In this document: one piece after another, positions 40,109-50,571 of the stretch
Layout of the letters: each line of letters starts with the position of its first letter
How positions within the stretch are numbered: position 1 is the first letter of the stretch
From: Nitrospirales bacterium
GTDB taxonomy: Bacteria > Nitrospirota > Nitrospiria > Nitrospirales > UBA8639
DNA length: 64,000 nucleotides
Assembly (NCBI GenBank): GCA_963555755.3
Contig: OY820905.2
Coordinates: 2,752,001-2,816,000, forward strand
Direction: 5' to 3'
The notes under the pieces: model-generated
The model's database searches: none
Told to the model about the DNA's origin: nothing
What the model saw: the letters and a program-made list of their open reading frames with translations, nothing else
Program-made: the position numbers and the translations under genes

Positions 40109-40766
40109 CCGTTCCTTCCAAGGCCTGTTCCTGAGCAGCAAGACCTTTATTTTCTGACACCTCGGCCTCAGCGATTGAAGGATTACCGCCAGCACCTATT
40201 TCCTCTGAAGGTGTGTCATCAGAGATCAATGGCACATGTTCCAAGTGTATCTCACTGTTTGTCAGGGACTCAGGCGAGGAAACTTCTAATTCCCCGCGTA
40301 CCCGCAGAGATACCATCTTGGTACGAGGAGGACCATCCGTATTCGACATTAACTTGGCTCGGATTTCGTATTTATACGTCCCGGCGCTAACTAATTGATT
40401 GGTCTGATCTTTTCCATCCCATAAGAGGGTGGTGCTGATCTTCGACTTGCCTCCGGAGACCACAGCCTCTTCGATCGGATGACGACTGTATAAGAATCGA
40501 ATCGAACGCTTCGAGGGAAAGCTGATCGTGGAAGACACTTCAAGCAAATCAACGTTGGATAGATTCTTGGGCAACCCCACATCAACTGTGATTGCGAGGG
40601 GTCCATTCCCAGGAGCAAAAGGCGTGGGGGAGGTGGAAATGTCCAGGATTTTTAACGGCGGCGGGCTATAGCGACGTTTTCGCTTGGCGTCTGCATCGCC
40701 CAGTTGCATGACCGGTGAGGCCAACGCAACCATGATCATGAAAATAATAAACCGCTTCCAACGCAT
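40068..40766 (-). CDS. Exported protein with FlgD-like Ig domain
   Basis: Signal peptide; PTPFAP...LWDGKD...VSAGTY motif; acidic tail. Confidence 0.7.
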   Translation of the reverse strand: MRWKRFIIFMIMVALASPVMQLGDADAKRKRRYSPPPLKILDISTSPTPFAPGNGPLAITVDVGLPKNLSNVDLLEVSSTISFPSKRSIRFLYSRHPIEEAVVSGGKSKISTTLLWDGKDQTNQLVSAGTYKYEIRAKLMSNTDGPPRTKMVSLRVRGELEVSSPESLTNSEIHLEHVPLISDDTPSEEIGAGGNPSIAEAEVSENKGLAAQEQALEGTVTEDVHDSVSSSP

Positions 40767-41042
40767 ATGAGGGCAAATTCGGGTCAGTTACACATTCGTG
40801 AAAAGCACAGAGTCTTTGGTCTGGGCTCGGACAAAATCAACACAGGATTCTCAAATATTTCTGATATCCTTATACTTGATTGTACACAAAAAAAATTTTG
40901 CGTCTAGGAGGAATCAAGAAAAAATCATCTGGTTATTCCTAAATAGGTCCTTTTACTAAAAATCCTTGTCATTTTGGGTAAAATTTCGTATGTGCTTACC
41001 CCAAACTCGTGCACTGTTTGTTGACACAAGGAAAGGTCGAGC

Positions 41043-42212
41043 ATGCATCTTCACTTTGACTGTTTTTCAGGAATTAGCGGGGATATGGTCCTTGGAGCGC
41101 TGGTGGATGCTGGCCTTTCACCCACGCAACTAAGGAAGGGCCTTCAAGCCCTGCCTATTGCCGGATACCGTCTCCACACCAAAAAGGTGCATCGTGGCCC
41201 GATCATGGCAACCAAAGTTGATGTCAAAATCCAGTCATCCCATGACAAACCACTCTCCTGGCCACAAATCCGACGCCTGATCCAGCGTAGCACCTTGCCA
41301 CCTTGGGTCAAGAAACACGCGTTAGCGGTGTTTACTCATTTGGCCGAAGCAGAAGGGAAGGTACACGGCCACAAAACAGCGAACATTCACTTCCATGAAG
41401 TCGGGGTTATTGACTCGCTCGTGGATGTGGTGGGTGGGCTTCTGGGGTGCCATCTCATGAAGATTCAGACCTTTAGCGCCACGCCCGTGAATGTCGGTTC
41501 TGGAACCACCAACAGCGCGCACGGCATTCTCCCTGTTCCACCGCCCGCAGTGGCTGAGTTAGCCAAAGGAATTCCTATTTTTTCCAAAGGCCCGGAAATG
41601 GAGTTGACGACCCCAACAGGAATGGCGTTACTGAAGACATTGACTCAGAATTTTCAACCGCTTTCGTCTTTTCACACTCATACGATTGGCTATGGGGCTG
41701 GAAGCGCAAACCCAGATGGATGGATCAATGCGTTGCGTGTCTTGACGTCCACATCGCCGCCAGCGGAAAACATGGAATGTGATCAGGTCATCCAGCTTGA
41801 AACGAATATCGATGACCTGAATCCTCAAATTTATGAAGTCGTGATAGATCGGCTGTTTGAGATTGGCGCGCTGGATGTCACCTTGACCCCCGTGACCATG
41901 AAACGGAGCCGCCCCGGGATTGTGCTTTCGGTCCTGGCCAAGCCGGAACAGGTTGAGATCGTTACTCAAACCATATTCCAAGAAACGAGTACTATTGGCC
42001 TGAGGACCCAACTGATCGACCGCCTGACACTGCCCCGACACAGTACGACAATTCGGTTGCCCCAAGGCAAAGTTCGCGTGAAAACCGTGGGATCGGGAAA
42101 GCACACGAAGCGAACCCCGGAGTTTAAAGACTGCCAGGCTCTCGCGAAAAAAACCGGACGGCCCGTCAGAGAAATCATCGAAGAGGTTATTCGAAAAATG
42201 CCGAATTCATAA
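41043..42212 (+). CDS. larC: Nickel pincer cofactor biosynthesis protein LarC
   Basis: DCFSGISGDM, HFHEVG..DS, AHGILPVP, ELTTPTG, ETNIDD, MKRSRPG. Confidence 0.92.
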   Translation: MHLHFDCFSGISGDMVLGALVDAGLSPTQLRKGLQALPIAGYRLHTKKVHRGPIMATKVDVKIQSSHDKPLSWPQIRRLIQRSTLPPWVKKHALAVFTHLAEAEGKVHGHKTANIHFHEVGVIDSLVDVVGGLLGCHLMKIQTFSATPVNVGSGTTNSAHGILPVPPPAVAELAKGIPIFSKGPEMELTTPTGMALLKTLTQNFQPLSSFHTHTIGYGAGSANPDGWINALRVLTSTSPPAENMECDQVIQLETNIDDLNPQIYEVVIDRLFEIGALDVTLTPVTMKRSRPGIVLSVLAKPEQVEIVTQTIFQETSTIGLRTQLIDRLTLPRHSTTIRLPQGKVRVKTVGSGKHTKRTPEFKDCQALAKKTGRPVREIIEEVIRKMPNS

Positions 42213-42298
42213 TGACGTAATCCGTGATGCGTAACCCGTGATTCGTGGGGAAAAAGGATTATCTTCGCGGGTTACAATTCCTTCTTCAGGCTTCACCC

Positions 42299-43324
42299 AT
42301 GACAATTTCTGCTAAACAACACCGTCCCTATCTGGCCATCACCATGGGTGACCCCGCTGGTATTGGCCCGGAAATCATTGTAAAGGCCTTAGCCTCACCC
42401 ACAGTTTGGCGAATCTGCCGGCCCATTGTCGTTGGGTCTGCCTCGGTATTTGAAAAGGAAGTTGGCCGTTTACACTCTCCCTTAAGAGTTGTGGTCTTGC
42501 AGGGGGATCATAGCCTCATGGAAGGAAAGCAAATCGCCAAAGGGCATATTCCCATTCTTGACCCATTGGAAAAACCTTTGGGCCGGTTCCGGATCGGAAA
42601 GGCCGCACGCGGTCCGGGAGCGGCTTCCGTGCGATGTATCGAAACTGCGGTTTGTCTGGCACAAAGCCGGTGTGTCGCAGGAATCGTCACGGCGCCGATT
42701 AACAAAGAAGCCATTCACCTTGCCGGATGTTCTCACCCCGGACACACGGAGTTACTCGCAGACCTGACCAAGACTAAGGACTTCGGTATGATGCTGTTGG
42801 GAGGCCCGCTCAAAATCCTGTTCGTCACAACACACCTCTCGATTCGAAAACTTCCCCGAGCCTTGACGACGAAACGAATCTTCACAGCTATTCGGCTTGC
42901 TCACAGGGCCATGCGACAATATTTTCAGGTATCCCGTCCCCGAGTCGGAGTCGCAGCGTTGAATCCCCATGCCGGTGAACACGGGCTGTTTGGGAATGAA
43001 GAGCAGACAATCATTGCACCGGCAGTGAAGAAAGCCTCACAAGATGGTATTCGGGTGAGCGGTCCCTGGCCAGCGGATACCCTCTTCGGAGCTGCTGTCC
43101 GTGGTGACTATGACGTGATTGTGGCGATGTACCATGACCAAGGTCTGATTCCATTAAAGACCATTGCCTTCGGGCAATGCATTAACATGACGGTTGGATT
43201 GCCGATTATCAGAACTTCCGTAGACCATGGAACAGCCTACGACATCGCCGGAAAGGGAAAAGCCGATCCTCAAAGTTTGATCCAAGCCATAAAACTGGCC
43301 GCTCGACTTGGTCAACAGTCGTGA
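42299..43324 (+). CDS. pdxA: 4-hydroxythreonine-4-phosphate dehydrogenase
   Basis: TMGDPAGIGPE, PGHTE, LNPHAGE, MYHDQG, RTSVDHGTA. Confidence 0.95.
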   Translation: MTISAKQHRPYLAITMGDPAGIGPEIIVKALASPTVWRICRPIVVGSASVFEKEVGRLHSPLRVVVLQGDHSLMEGKQIAKGHIPILDPLEKPLGRFRIGKAARGPGAASVRCIETAVCLAQSRCVAGIVTAPINKEAIHLAGCSHPGHTELLADLTKTKDFGMMLLGGPLKILFVTTHLSIRKLPRALTTKRIFTAIRLAHRAMRQYFQVSRPRVGVAALNPHAGEHGLFGNEEQTIIAPAVKKASQDGIRVSGPWPADTLFGAAVRGDYDVIVAMYHDQGLIPLKTIAFGQCINMTVGLPIIRTSVDHGTAYDIAGKGKADPQSLIQAIKLAARLGQQS

Positions 43325-43415
43325 GGTACCTTCCGCAGAAGGATTAATGGTTCGAGGACCAACCCCTAACACCTGACTCCGCCTCCCTGAATGTCTAACT
43401 ATTCGACAGTGTATT

Positions 43416-44816
43416 ATGCCCGTCCCTGCCCCATTTAAACCCGAAAAACCAACAACCTGGTCATGTCGGGCGGTGGCGCTCCACACGTTGCTGACAGTGG
43501 AGCGACAGAATGTGTTTGCCGATGAAACGTTTCACGAATTGGCCAATAAGAGTCAACTCTCCAAGGAGGATCGGGCGTTAGGATTCGAACTCGTGAACGG
43601 CGTCCTCCGTCATCGCGGGAATTTGGATTGGCGACTTACTGCGTTGACCAATCGACCCCTTCTTGGCCTTCCGACCATTGTGGTGATGATTCTTCGTCTT
43701 GGTGCCTACCAACTGCTCCATTTGGATCGAGTGCCGGATTCGGCCGCTGTGAATGAATCCGTCAAGCTGGCCAAGCGGGTGAAAGGCCGAGATTGGAGTG
43801 GGGTCGTCAATGGCGTGTTGCGGAATCTGATTCGGCAAACCGAACCTCAGTGGCCTGACCCATCAGAAGATCCGGTCCACGAGCTCTCAATCCGGGACTC
43901 ATGCCCAACCTGGCTTACCCAACGTTGGATTGAGAGGTTGGGACTCGACCAAGCCGGGCGGGTTTGCCAACAAACTATTGGCATTCCTCCGTTGACGCTT
44001 CGGACCAACACGCTTCGCTGTTCACGGGAGGAGTTGAAAGAACGATTACAACAAGAAGGGTATGGCGTAACACCAACAGAAGTAAGCCCTCTCGGCCTGA
44101 CGCTGGATAAATGTGGCTCGCTGACCACACTGGCGCCTTTGCAAGATGGGTGGTGCTATGTCGAGGACGAAGCCGCTCAGTTGGTTCCATTTCTTTTGGA
44201 TGTTCAGCCCGGACATCGGGTGTTGGATGCCTGTGCCGCACCAGGTGGAAAATCCACTCATATAGCGGCACTCATGGGTAATCAGGGGGAAATTGTGGCC
44301 GTTGATCGGAGCGCCAATCGGTTACAGGCCCTGCAAGAAAACGTGGATCGATTGGGCATCACCTGCATTCATGCTATGGTTGGGACCTGGTCCGAGGGCT
44401 TTGGATCCTCATCCCCGGTCGCTCCAATGTTGGAGAACGGTTTCGATCGTATCCTTGTCGATACTCCTTGCTCTGGCTTGGGTATCCTACGACGGCATCC
44501 TGAAGCCAAGTGGCAAAGGTCGGCAGAACAGTTGCCCCAACACCAACAATTACAGATAGAAATCCTCCATCAGGTGTGTACTTACTTGAGACCTGGCGGA
44601 ATCATGGTCTATAGTGCCTGCTCGGTAGAACCGGAGGAGAGCACACAGGTCATCTCACGGTTTTGTTTAGACCATCCAGAGTTTCAGCATGAAAGCTCTG
44701 CCCCGTTTCTTCCTCCTGGGAGCCAAACCTTGACAAGTCCGGAGGGAGATCTTTTGACACTTGGCTCAATCTATGACATGGATGGATTTTTTGCAGCACG
44801 TCTTCGAAAGGCCTAA
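43416..44816 (+). CDS. rsmB: 16S rRNA m5C967 methyltransferase RsmB
   Basis: NusB-like N-domain, LDACAAPGGK, DTPCSGLG, RRHPE, DGFF. Confidence 0.92.
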   Translation: MPVPAPFKPEKPTTWSCRAVALHTLLTVERQNVFADETFHELANKSQLSKEDRALGFELVNGVLRHRGNLDWRLTALTNRPLLGLPTIVVMILRLGAYQLLHLDRVPDSAAVNESVKLAKRVKGRDWSGVVNGVLRNLIRQTEPQWPDPSEDPVHELSIRDSCPTWLTQRWIERLGLDQAGRVCQQTIGIPPLTLRTNTLRCSREELKERLQQEGYGVTPTEVSPLGLTLDKCGSLTTLAPLQDGWCYVEDEAAQLVPFLLDVQPGHRVLDACAAPGGKSTHIAALMGNQGEIVAVDRSANRLQALQENVDRLGITCIHAMVGTWSEGFGSSSPVAPMLENGFDRILVDTPCSGLGILRRHPEAKWQRSAEQLPQHQQLQIEILHQVCTYLRPGGIMVYSACSVEPEESTQVISRFCLDHPEFQHESSAPFLPPGSQTLTSPEGDLLTLGSIYDMDGFFAARLRKA

Positions 44817-44819
44817 CTC

Positions 44820-45503
44820 ATGAGTGCTCGCCCGGTAAAAATTGCTCCGTCTATTCTCTCGGCGGATTTTGCGCGCCTTGCCGATGAAGTCGCGGCCGTG
44901 GAGGCCGCTGGGGCCGACTTCCTTCACGTCGATGTGATGGATGGCCATTTCGTGCCCAACCTGACGGTTGGGCCGCCTATCGTGGAAGCACTCCGCAAGG
45001 TCACGTCGCTACCACTTGATGTCCATCTCATGATCACGAATCCTGATTCCTTTATTCAGGAGTTTGCGGAAGCCGGCGCGAGTTACCTCACGGTTCACAC
45101 GGAAACGTGCCCGCATCTGCATCGCACGATCCAATTGATCAAAGAACATGGGGTAAAAGCCGGGATTACACTCAATCCGTCAACCTCCTTAACCACACTT
45201 GAAGAAGTGATCGCCGATGCCGATCTGGTGTTGATTATGTCGGTCAACCCAGGCTTTGGAGGTCAAACATTTATCCCGGCGATCTTTGATAAAATCACTC
45301 GAACCCGTGAACTTATCACTCGAACGGGTAGTAAGGCGCTGCTTGAAGTAGACGGCGGCGTTAAAATCGATAACGCCGCGGAGGTGGTCAAAGCCGGGGC
45401 CGAAGTCCTGGTGGCTGGATCGGCCATCTTTAACAGTCCCAATTATGCCGACACCATCCAAGCGTTTCGTTCAGCTACGCATGTTCTTTCAGCCCCATTG
45501 TAA
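44820..45503 (+). CDS. rpe: Ribulose-phosphate 3-epimerase
   Basis: [37 protein letters not shown]. Confidence 0.97.
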   Translation: MSARPVKIAPSILSADFARLADEVAAVEAAGADFLHVDVMDGHFVPNLTVGPPIVEALRKVTSLPLDVHLMITNPDSFIQEFAEAGASYLTVHTETCPHLHRTIQLIKEHGVKAGITLNPSTSLTTLEEVIADADLVLIMSVNPGFGGQTFIPAIFDKITRTRELITRTGSKALLEVDGGVKIDNAAEVVKAGAEVLVAGSAIFNSPNYADTIQAFRSATHVLSAPL

Positions 45504-45506
45504 CCC

Positions 45507-47063
45507 ATGAGCGCTAGGGACCTGTATGACAGCCTGCATCCCCTCGAAGTCCATCTCCTTGCGGCGTTGTTTGCACAATCAACTGCCACGTCTGACAGCA
45601 CACTCGCGGAACTGACGCCCCTCGATCCTTCGCAAATCAGCATGGCGCTGGGCTGGCTCCAGGCCAAAGCCCTGATCCAAACCGAATCCGAAACCATCAC
45701 TTTCCTGGTTGGGTTAACCGATGTAGGCCGAGGGTATTTGTCGAGCGGGTCTCCCGCGGAGTGGATTCTTCAATCCTGTGGGGAAGCGACACAAAATAGG
45801 AATTCGCTCACCGTCAAAGACCTGCAAGCCAAAGAACAGTTTCAACCCACTGAGTTGAGCCGGGCCATCGGGCTGTTGAAAAAAGAAGGCGCCATCCAAA
45901 TGGTCGCTGGGGGCGCCATTGAAACGACCGGCACACCCAGTCCAACCACCGAAACGCTCAAGGGTTTACTTCGGCAACTCAAGTCTTCCACCGAGGAGCT
46001 TCCTGCCTTTTCCACCGACAATCAAAACCTGCTGAAACAATATTCCGTGAAACGCGGGAATGCCAAGGAACCTTTCCGGATCGAAGAACGAGTGGAGCGA
46101 GCTTACACGCTCACCTCCGAAGGGCAACACGTGGCCAAACTTTGTCGTCCTGGTGCGACTGAGGAAATCTCTCAACTCACCCCAGACATGCTCAAGGATG
46201 GCACGTGGCGCAACAAACCGTTTAGAAAATACACCATCAATCTTCGACCACCTCGAGTAGCGCCTGGCCGGCGGCATCCTTATCGAGAGTTTCTCGATCT
46301 CGTAAAACGCCGGTTGGTGAGCATGGGATTTCAGGAGATGCGCGGCCCCTTGGTGGAAACCGAATTTTGGAACATGGATGCGCTCTACATGCCTCAGTTT
46401 CATCCGGCTCGCGCGATTCACGACGTGTACTTCGTGAAAAATCCCAGGCATGCTGATAAGATCCCGGAACCCTTTCTCTCTCGCGTTGCAGAAGCCCACG
46501 AACATGGCGGGTCTACGGGATCCACTGGTTGGGGCTATCAATACGACCGAGAACGGGCTAGCCGACTGGTTTTACGAAGCCAGGGCACCGCGGTATCGGC
46601 CCGAACATTAGCAGCCAATCCCTTGGTGCCTGGAAAGTATTTTTCGATTGCCCGGTGCTTTCGATACGACCAGGTGGATGCAACCCATGCCACGGACTTT
46701 TTCCAGGTTGAAGGAATTGTTCTTGGCGAAGACATCAATTTTCGCACGCTTCTCGGCCTTCTCACTCTTTTTGCCAAAGAGATGGCCCAGGCCAAAGAGA
46801 GCAAGTTTTTGCCAGCCTATTTTCCCTTTACGGAACCGTCCGTGGAGTTGCACGTTCGCCATCCTCGGCTGGGATGGATGGAGTTGGGAGGGGCCGGTCT
46901 GTTTCGACCGGAAGTGACTCACCCCCTCGGCGTGACCGTACCCGTGATTGCCTGGGGATTAGGTCTGGATCGAATGGCCATGATGGCGCTCGGACTTCAT
47001 GACATCCGAGATCTATTCTCTGTCGATCTGGAAAAAGTCAGAACCATGCGTGGACGCTTTTAG
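45507..47063 (+). CDS. pheS: Phenylalanine--tRNA ligase alpha subunit (long, archaeal/eukaryotic type)
   Basis: FWNMDALYMPQFHPAR, FRYD, YFPFTEPS, AWGLGLDR; 518 aa with extended N-terminus. Confidence 0.93.
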   Translation: MSARDLYDSLHPLEVHLLAALFAQSTATSDSTLAELTPLDPSQISMALGWLQAKALIQTESETITFLVGLTDVGRGYLSSGSPAEWILQSCGEATQNRNSLTVKDLQAKEQFQPTELSRAIGLLKKEGAIQMVAGGAIETTGTPSPTTETLKGLLRQLKSSTEELPAFSTDNQNLLKQYSVKRGNAKEPFRIEERVERAYTLTSEGQHVAKLCRPGATEEISQLTPDMLKDGTWRNKPFRKYTINLRPPRVAPGRRHPYREFLDLVKRRLVSMGFQEMRGPLVETEFWNMDALYMPQFHPARAIHDVYFVKNPRHADKIPEPFLSRVAEAHEHGGSTGSTGWGYQYDRERASRLVLRSQGTAVSARTLAANPLVPGKYFSIARCFRYDQVDATHATDFFQVEGIVLGEDINFRTLLGLLTLFAKEMAQAKESKFLPAYFPFTEPSVELHVRHPRLGWMELGGAGLFRPEVTHPLGVTVPVIAWGLGLDRMAMMALGLHDIRDLFSVDLEKVRTMRGRF

Positions 47064-47184
47064 CAGGATGCTGAAAAAGTCCGCCAGCGGCGTTCTCGGC
47101 CCCTTGTCGTGCTCACGTACTATGAGTACGCTCCGCGCGCCAAGGCGCCTGCGGCCTTGCTGGACAGCCTTTTTCAGCATCATG
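47064..47184 (+). mobile_element. MITE family A, short form, copy A4
   Basis: CAGGATGCTGAAAAAG...CTTTTTCAGCATCATG around the family A core, right after the pheS TAG stop. Confidence 0.8.
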
Positions 47185-47238
47185 CTTTTGTTAAGGGGTT
47201 CAGAAACTTTTTAAACCATCAAAATTTTTGTTAACGAT

Positions 47239-48945
47239 ATGCCGACTATTTCCATTTTCCACAAAGATTTTGAATCGCTCATTGGCCGGGCTTCGACCAT
47301 TGATCAAATCGAGAACTGGTTGACTCTCGTGAAAGGGGAACTCAAGGATCACACCCCAGCCACTGGCGAAATACGAGTCGAACTGCAGGACAGCAATCGC
47401 CCCGATCTGTGGTGTGTGGAAGGCATCGCCAGACAAATACGCATCAAATTGCAGGAAGCTCCTGTTCCCTACCCATTCCTGCATACCAAGTCGCGTCCCA
47501 AACAAAAAATCACCGTGGCCAAAGGCATGGAGAAGGTTCGCCCCTTTGTCGCCGCATGTTGCTCAACAGGGTACCGGGTCACGGAAGAGGGATTGACGCA
47601 GCTGATTCAGGTTCAAGAAAAACTTGCTGATATTTTTGGGCACAAGCGCCAGACGGTCTCGATCGGCTTGTACCGCCTGAACAAGATTCATTTCCCGGTA
47701 ACCTATGGATTGGTCAAGCCGGAAGAAGCCCGATTCACGCCTCTCGGATTTTCGGAAAAGTTGACCCTCAAAGAAATTCTGACGGTTCATCCCAAAGGGA
47801 TCGAATACAGTTCCATCTTTGCGGATCATCCCTCGCTTCCTCTGTTGTGGGATAAGGAAGGCCAGATTCTTTCCTTTCCTCCGATCATCAATAGCCGCGA
47901 GATCGGAGAAGTCCAAGTTGGCGATTCCGACCTGCTTGTCGAAGTAACGGGAACGGATCTGAGGATGGTGCTGTTGACGTTGAATATCTTTGCCGCAAAT
48001 TTGGCTGATCGTGGAGCCGCCATCGAGCCCATTGAGATCGTCTATCCCTACGCCACCGAACGGGGTAAAACGATTCGGACACCCTGTGATATTAGCGAGG
48101 TTCAAAAAATTCCGCTTCGTGCCGTCGAGTCGGCCTTGGGGCTCCCAATGGGCGTGGAAACTGTTCAACGTGCGTTGACCGCCTATGGCTATCAGGTCAA
48201 AACCAGCCGACATACCCTGGCGGTACGATTACCCAGTTACCGAAGTGATGTGATGCATCCCATTGATGTGGCCGAAGACGTAGCGATTTCCCGAGGATAT
48301 GAATCCTTTGCGCCTATCATGCCGGCGCAATTTACGGTCGGTTCACTTTCAGCTCTTGAACTGACGTCAGACTACGTTCGCGATCAAATGGTGGGCATGG
48401 GATTTCAGGAAATGTTTTCCAATATTCTCATGTCACATGAAGACTTAGTGGAGCGCATGCAACTGACTCCGTCTGGCCACCCCGTGGTTGAAGTCGATAA
48501 TGTCATGTCTTTGAGTTTTTCCTGCCTTCGGTCATGGATCCTTCCCTCGCTCCTTCGTATTGAAACCGCATCCCCCCGAGCGTTCTATCCCCATCGTCTG
48601 TTTGAAATCGGCGAAGTGGCTGTCCCGAATCTCAGCCTCGAACTAGGATCGAAAACCGTCATTAAAATAGCTGGCTTGACGGCCCATCCCCATGCCAACT
48701 TTTCCGAGATTCACACTAGCCTTGATGTACTGATGTATTATCTCGTGAAGGATTACACCCTCGAACCCACAACTCATGGATCTTTCCTGGAAGGACGTGT
48801 GGGAAAAATAATGGTTGGCGGACAGTCAATCGGCCTGATCGGTGAACTCCACCCCGAAGTCCTGGAAGCCTGGCAAATTTCCATGCCCATCTCGGTTTTC
48901 GAACTCGAAGTGGATGCCCTGTGTCGAGAAGATCGCGAAGGGTAA
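47239..48945 (+). CDS. pheT: Phenylalanine--tRNA ligase beta subunit (short, archaeal/eukaryotic type)
   Basis: MPTI start, NRPDLW..EGIAR, SFPPIINS, RSDVMHPIDVAEDVAI, GELHPEVL; 568 aa. Confidence 0.93.
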   Translation: MPTISIFHKDFESLIGRASTIDQIENWLTLVKGELKDHTPATGEIRVELQDSNRPDLWCVEGIARQIRIKLQEAPVPYPFLHTKSRPKQKITVAKGMEKVRPFVAACCSTGYRVTEEGLTQLIQVQEKLADIFGHKRQTVSIGLYRLNKIHFPVTYGLVKPEEARFTPLGFSEKLTLKEILTVHPKGIEYSSIFADHPSLPLLWDKEGQILSFPPIINSREIGEVQVGDSDLLVEVTGTDLRMVLLTLNIFAANLADRGAAIEPIEIVYPYATERGKTIRTPCDISEVQKIPLRAVESALGLPMGVETVQRALTAYGYQVKTSRHTLAVRLPSYRSDVMHPIDVAEDVAISRGYESFAPIMPAQFTVGSLSALELTSDYVRDQMVGMGFQEMFSNILMSHEDLVERMQLTPSGHPVVEVDNVMSLSFSCLRSWILPSLLRIETASPRAFYPHRLFEIGEVAVPNLSLELGSKTVIKIAGLTAHPHANFSEIHTSLDVLMYYLVKDYTLEPTTHGSFLEGRVGKIMVGGQSIGLIGELHPEVLEAWQISMPISVFELEVDALCREDREG

Positions 48946-49010
48946 TTCTTAAAGCGTCCTGCCTGAAGAATCAGAAACACTCCTTTCGGTGTTGCCGAAG
49001 AATTATTTAA

Positions 49011-49204
49011 TGTGGGCTTTCGCGCCCACACGACGAGTCACTTTTGTTCCGGCAAAAGTGACCAAAACCATGTTCGCCCGTGCGCGGCCCTCCGGGTGCC
49101 TCCGCCTCCCTCCCGAATCAAGATGGCTCGGGACCTCGCTCCGCTCAAACAACCCTCGCCGAAAAGTCGATTCGGGATGGAGACTCCGCCGCGCCCAACG
49201 CGGG
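49011..49204 (-). repeat. Structured repeat family E, copy E2
   Basis: Reverse-orientation homologue of E1/E4. Confidence 0.8.
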
Positions 49205-49404
49205 TTGAGGGGAGCTTGTGATATTTTTTGCTTTCCTAAACTCTCAACAAAAGATTTGATAATCAAATTTCCAAATTTGACCACAAATTCCAAATTTCTC
49301 CACAACCTTACCCCTTAACTTGATACCAATAGTTGACAGGTCAATCCATATCGGAAACTGGGGTTTCTCTTGATTTATAATTATCATGACAATATGATGG
49401 CATT

Positions 49405-49695
49405 ATGGTTGAACATTTCTTCACCTGGGATGAAAGCAAAAACCTAGAAAATCAACACAAACACGGGATCTCATTTAAAGAAGCTGCGACGATCTTCACC
49501 GATGAGAACGCGCGCATGATTCATGACCCGGACCATTCGGCAGATGAAGACCGATTCATTCTCCTTGGATTCAGTTCTAAAGCGCGGCTCATTGTTGTGG
49601 CACATACCTATCGGAAGCATGAAACGGAAATCCGAATTATCTCCGCTCGAAAAGCGGAAAAATATGAACGTGAAGAATATGGGAGTTTCCTATGA
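49405..49695 (+). CDS. brnT: Type II TA toxin, BrnT family
   Basis: FTWDESKNLENQHKHGISF, EDRFILLG, IRIISARKA. Confidence 0.92.
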   Translation: MVEHFFTWDESKNLENQHKHGISFKEAATIFTDENARMIHDPDHSADEDRFILLGFSSKARLIVVAHTYRKHETEIRIISARKAEKYEREEYGSFL

Positions 49696-49904
49696 GAAAA
49701 AGATACGATTTTTCCAAATCGGTAAAGAATCCTTATGCGAAGCAATTAAAGAAGCAGGTCACTCTTCGTCTCGGGATCGATGTTATCGCCTACTTCAAAA
49801 CGTTGGCTGAAGAAACAGGGATTCCGTACCAGAATCTGATAAATCTGTACCTTAAGGAGTGCGCGCATTCCGGGAAAAAACTTGGTCTCAAGTGGGCATC
49901 CTGA
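49692..49904 (+). CDS. brnA: Type II TA antitoxin, BrnA family
   Basis: MRKRYDFSK..KNPY, VTLRL, GIPYQNLINLYL; ATGA overlap with toxin. Confidence 0.88.
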   Translation: MRKRYDFSKSVKNPYAKQLKKQVTLRLGIDVIAYFKTLAEETGIPYQNLINLYLKECAHSGKKLGLKWAS

Positions 49905-49973
49905 AAATCTGCACAATAAGGAATGGTTCAACAGGTTGGAGGAAGATAGATTGTTTTTTAGGGAATTATTTTA

Positions 49974-50169
49974 TGCAGGGTTTCGTCCCCGCGCGACGAG
50001 TCACTTTTGTTTCGGCAAAAGTGACCAAAACCAAGTTCGCCCGTGCGCGGCCCCAAGGGGGTCCCTCCGCCTCCGCACCGAATAAGATGGCTCAGGAACT
50101 CGCTCCGCTCAAACAGCCTTCGCCAAAAAAGCCGATTCGGTACTACGGCTCCGCCGCGCCCAACGCGGG
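49974..50169 (-). repeat. Structured repeat family E, copy E3
   Basis: Direct repeat of E2, including a homologous AT-rich tail (AAACTCT.AACAAAAGAT.TG). Confidence 0.8.
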
Positions 50170-50322
50170 TAGAGCTAGACTTTTGATATTCTTACAAAAC
50201 TCTTAACAAAAGATCTGCCTCCAAACCTTAACGACAGCCGATGAGTTTCATTGTATAGGGAATTCTAAGGGCTTATACTACGCAAACAGAAAGCCCAGAT
50301 CTTTCCCTGCACATTCGAATTA

Positions 50323-50536
50323 GGGACTGTTGAATATCTCATACACAGATCCCATAAATACGCCGGGGAAGACGACCAACATCAGTGAGAGGAAATGTTC
50401 AAAAAAGCATGCCCTGAGTCTTTCCGAAGGGTCTATCCAGCAAGGCCGCAGCCCTTTGGACGCGCAGAGCGTACTCTCAGTAGGTGAGCACGGCAAAAGG
50501 GCGAGAACGCCGCTGGTGACTTTTTTCAACATTCCC
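50323..50536 (-). mobile_element. MITE family A, long form, copy A5
   Basis: GGGACTGTTGAA...TTCAACATTCCC; flanks AATTA/AATAA; reverse family A core. Confidence 0.8.
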
Positions 50537-50571
50537 AATAATTAAGTGAAAATTAATCAGGACATATATTA

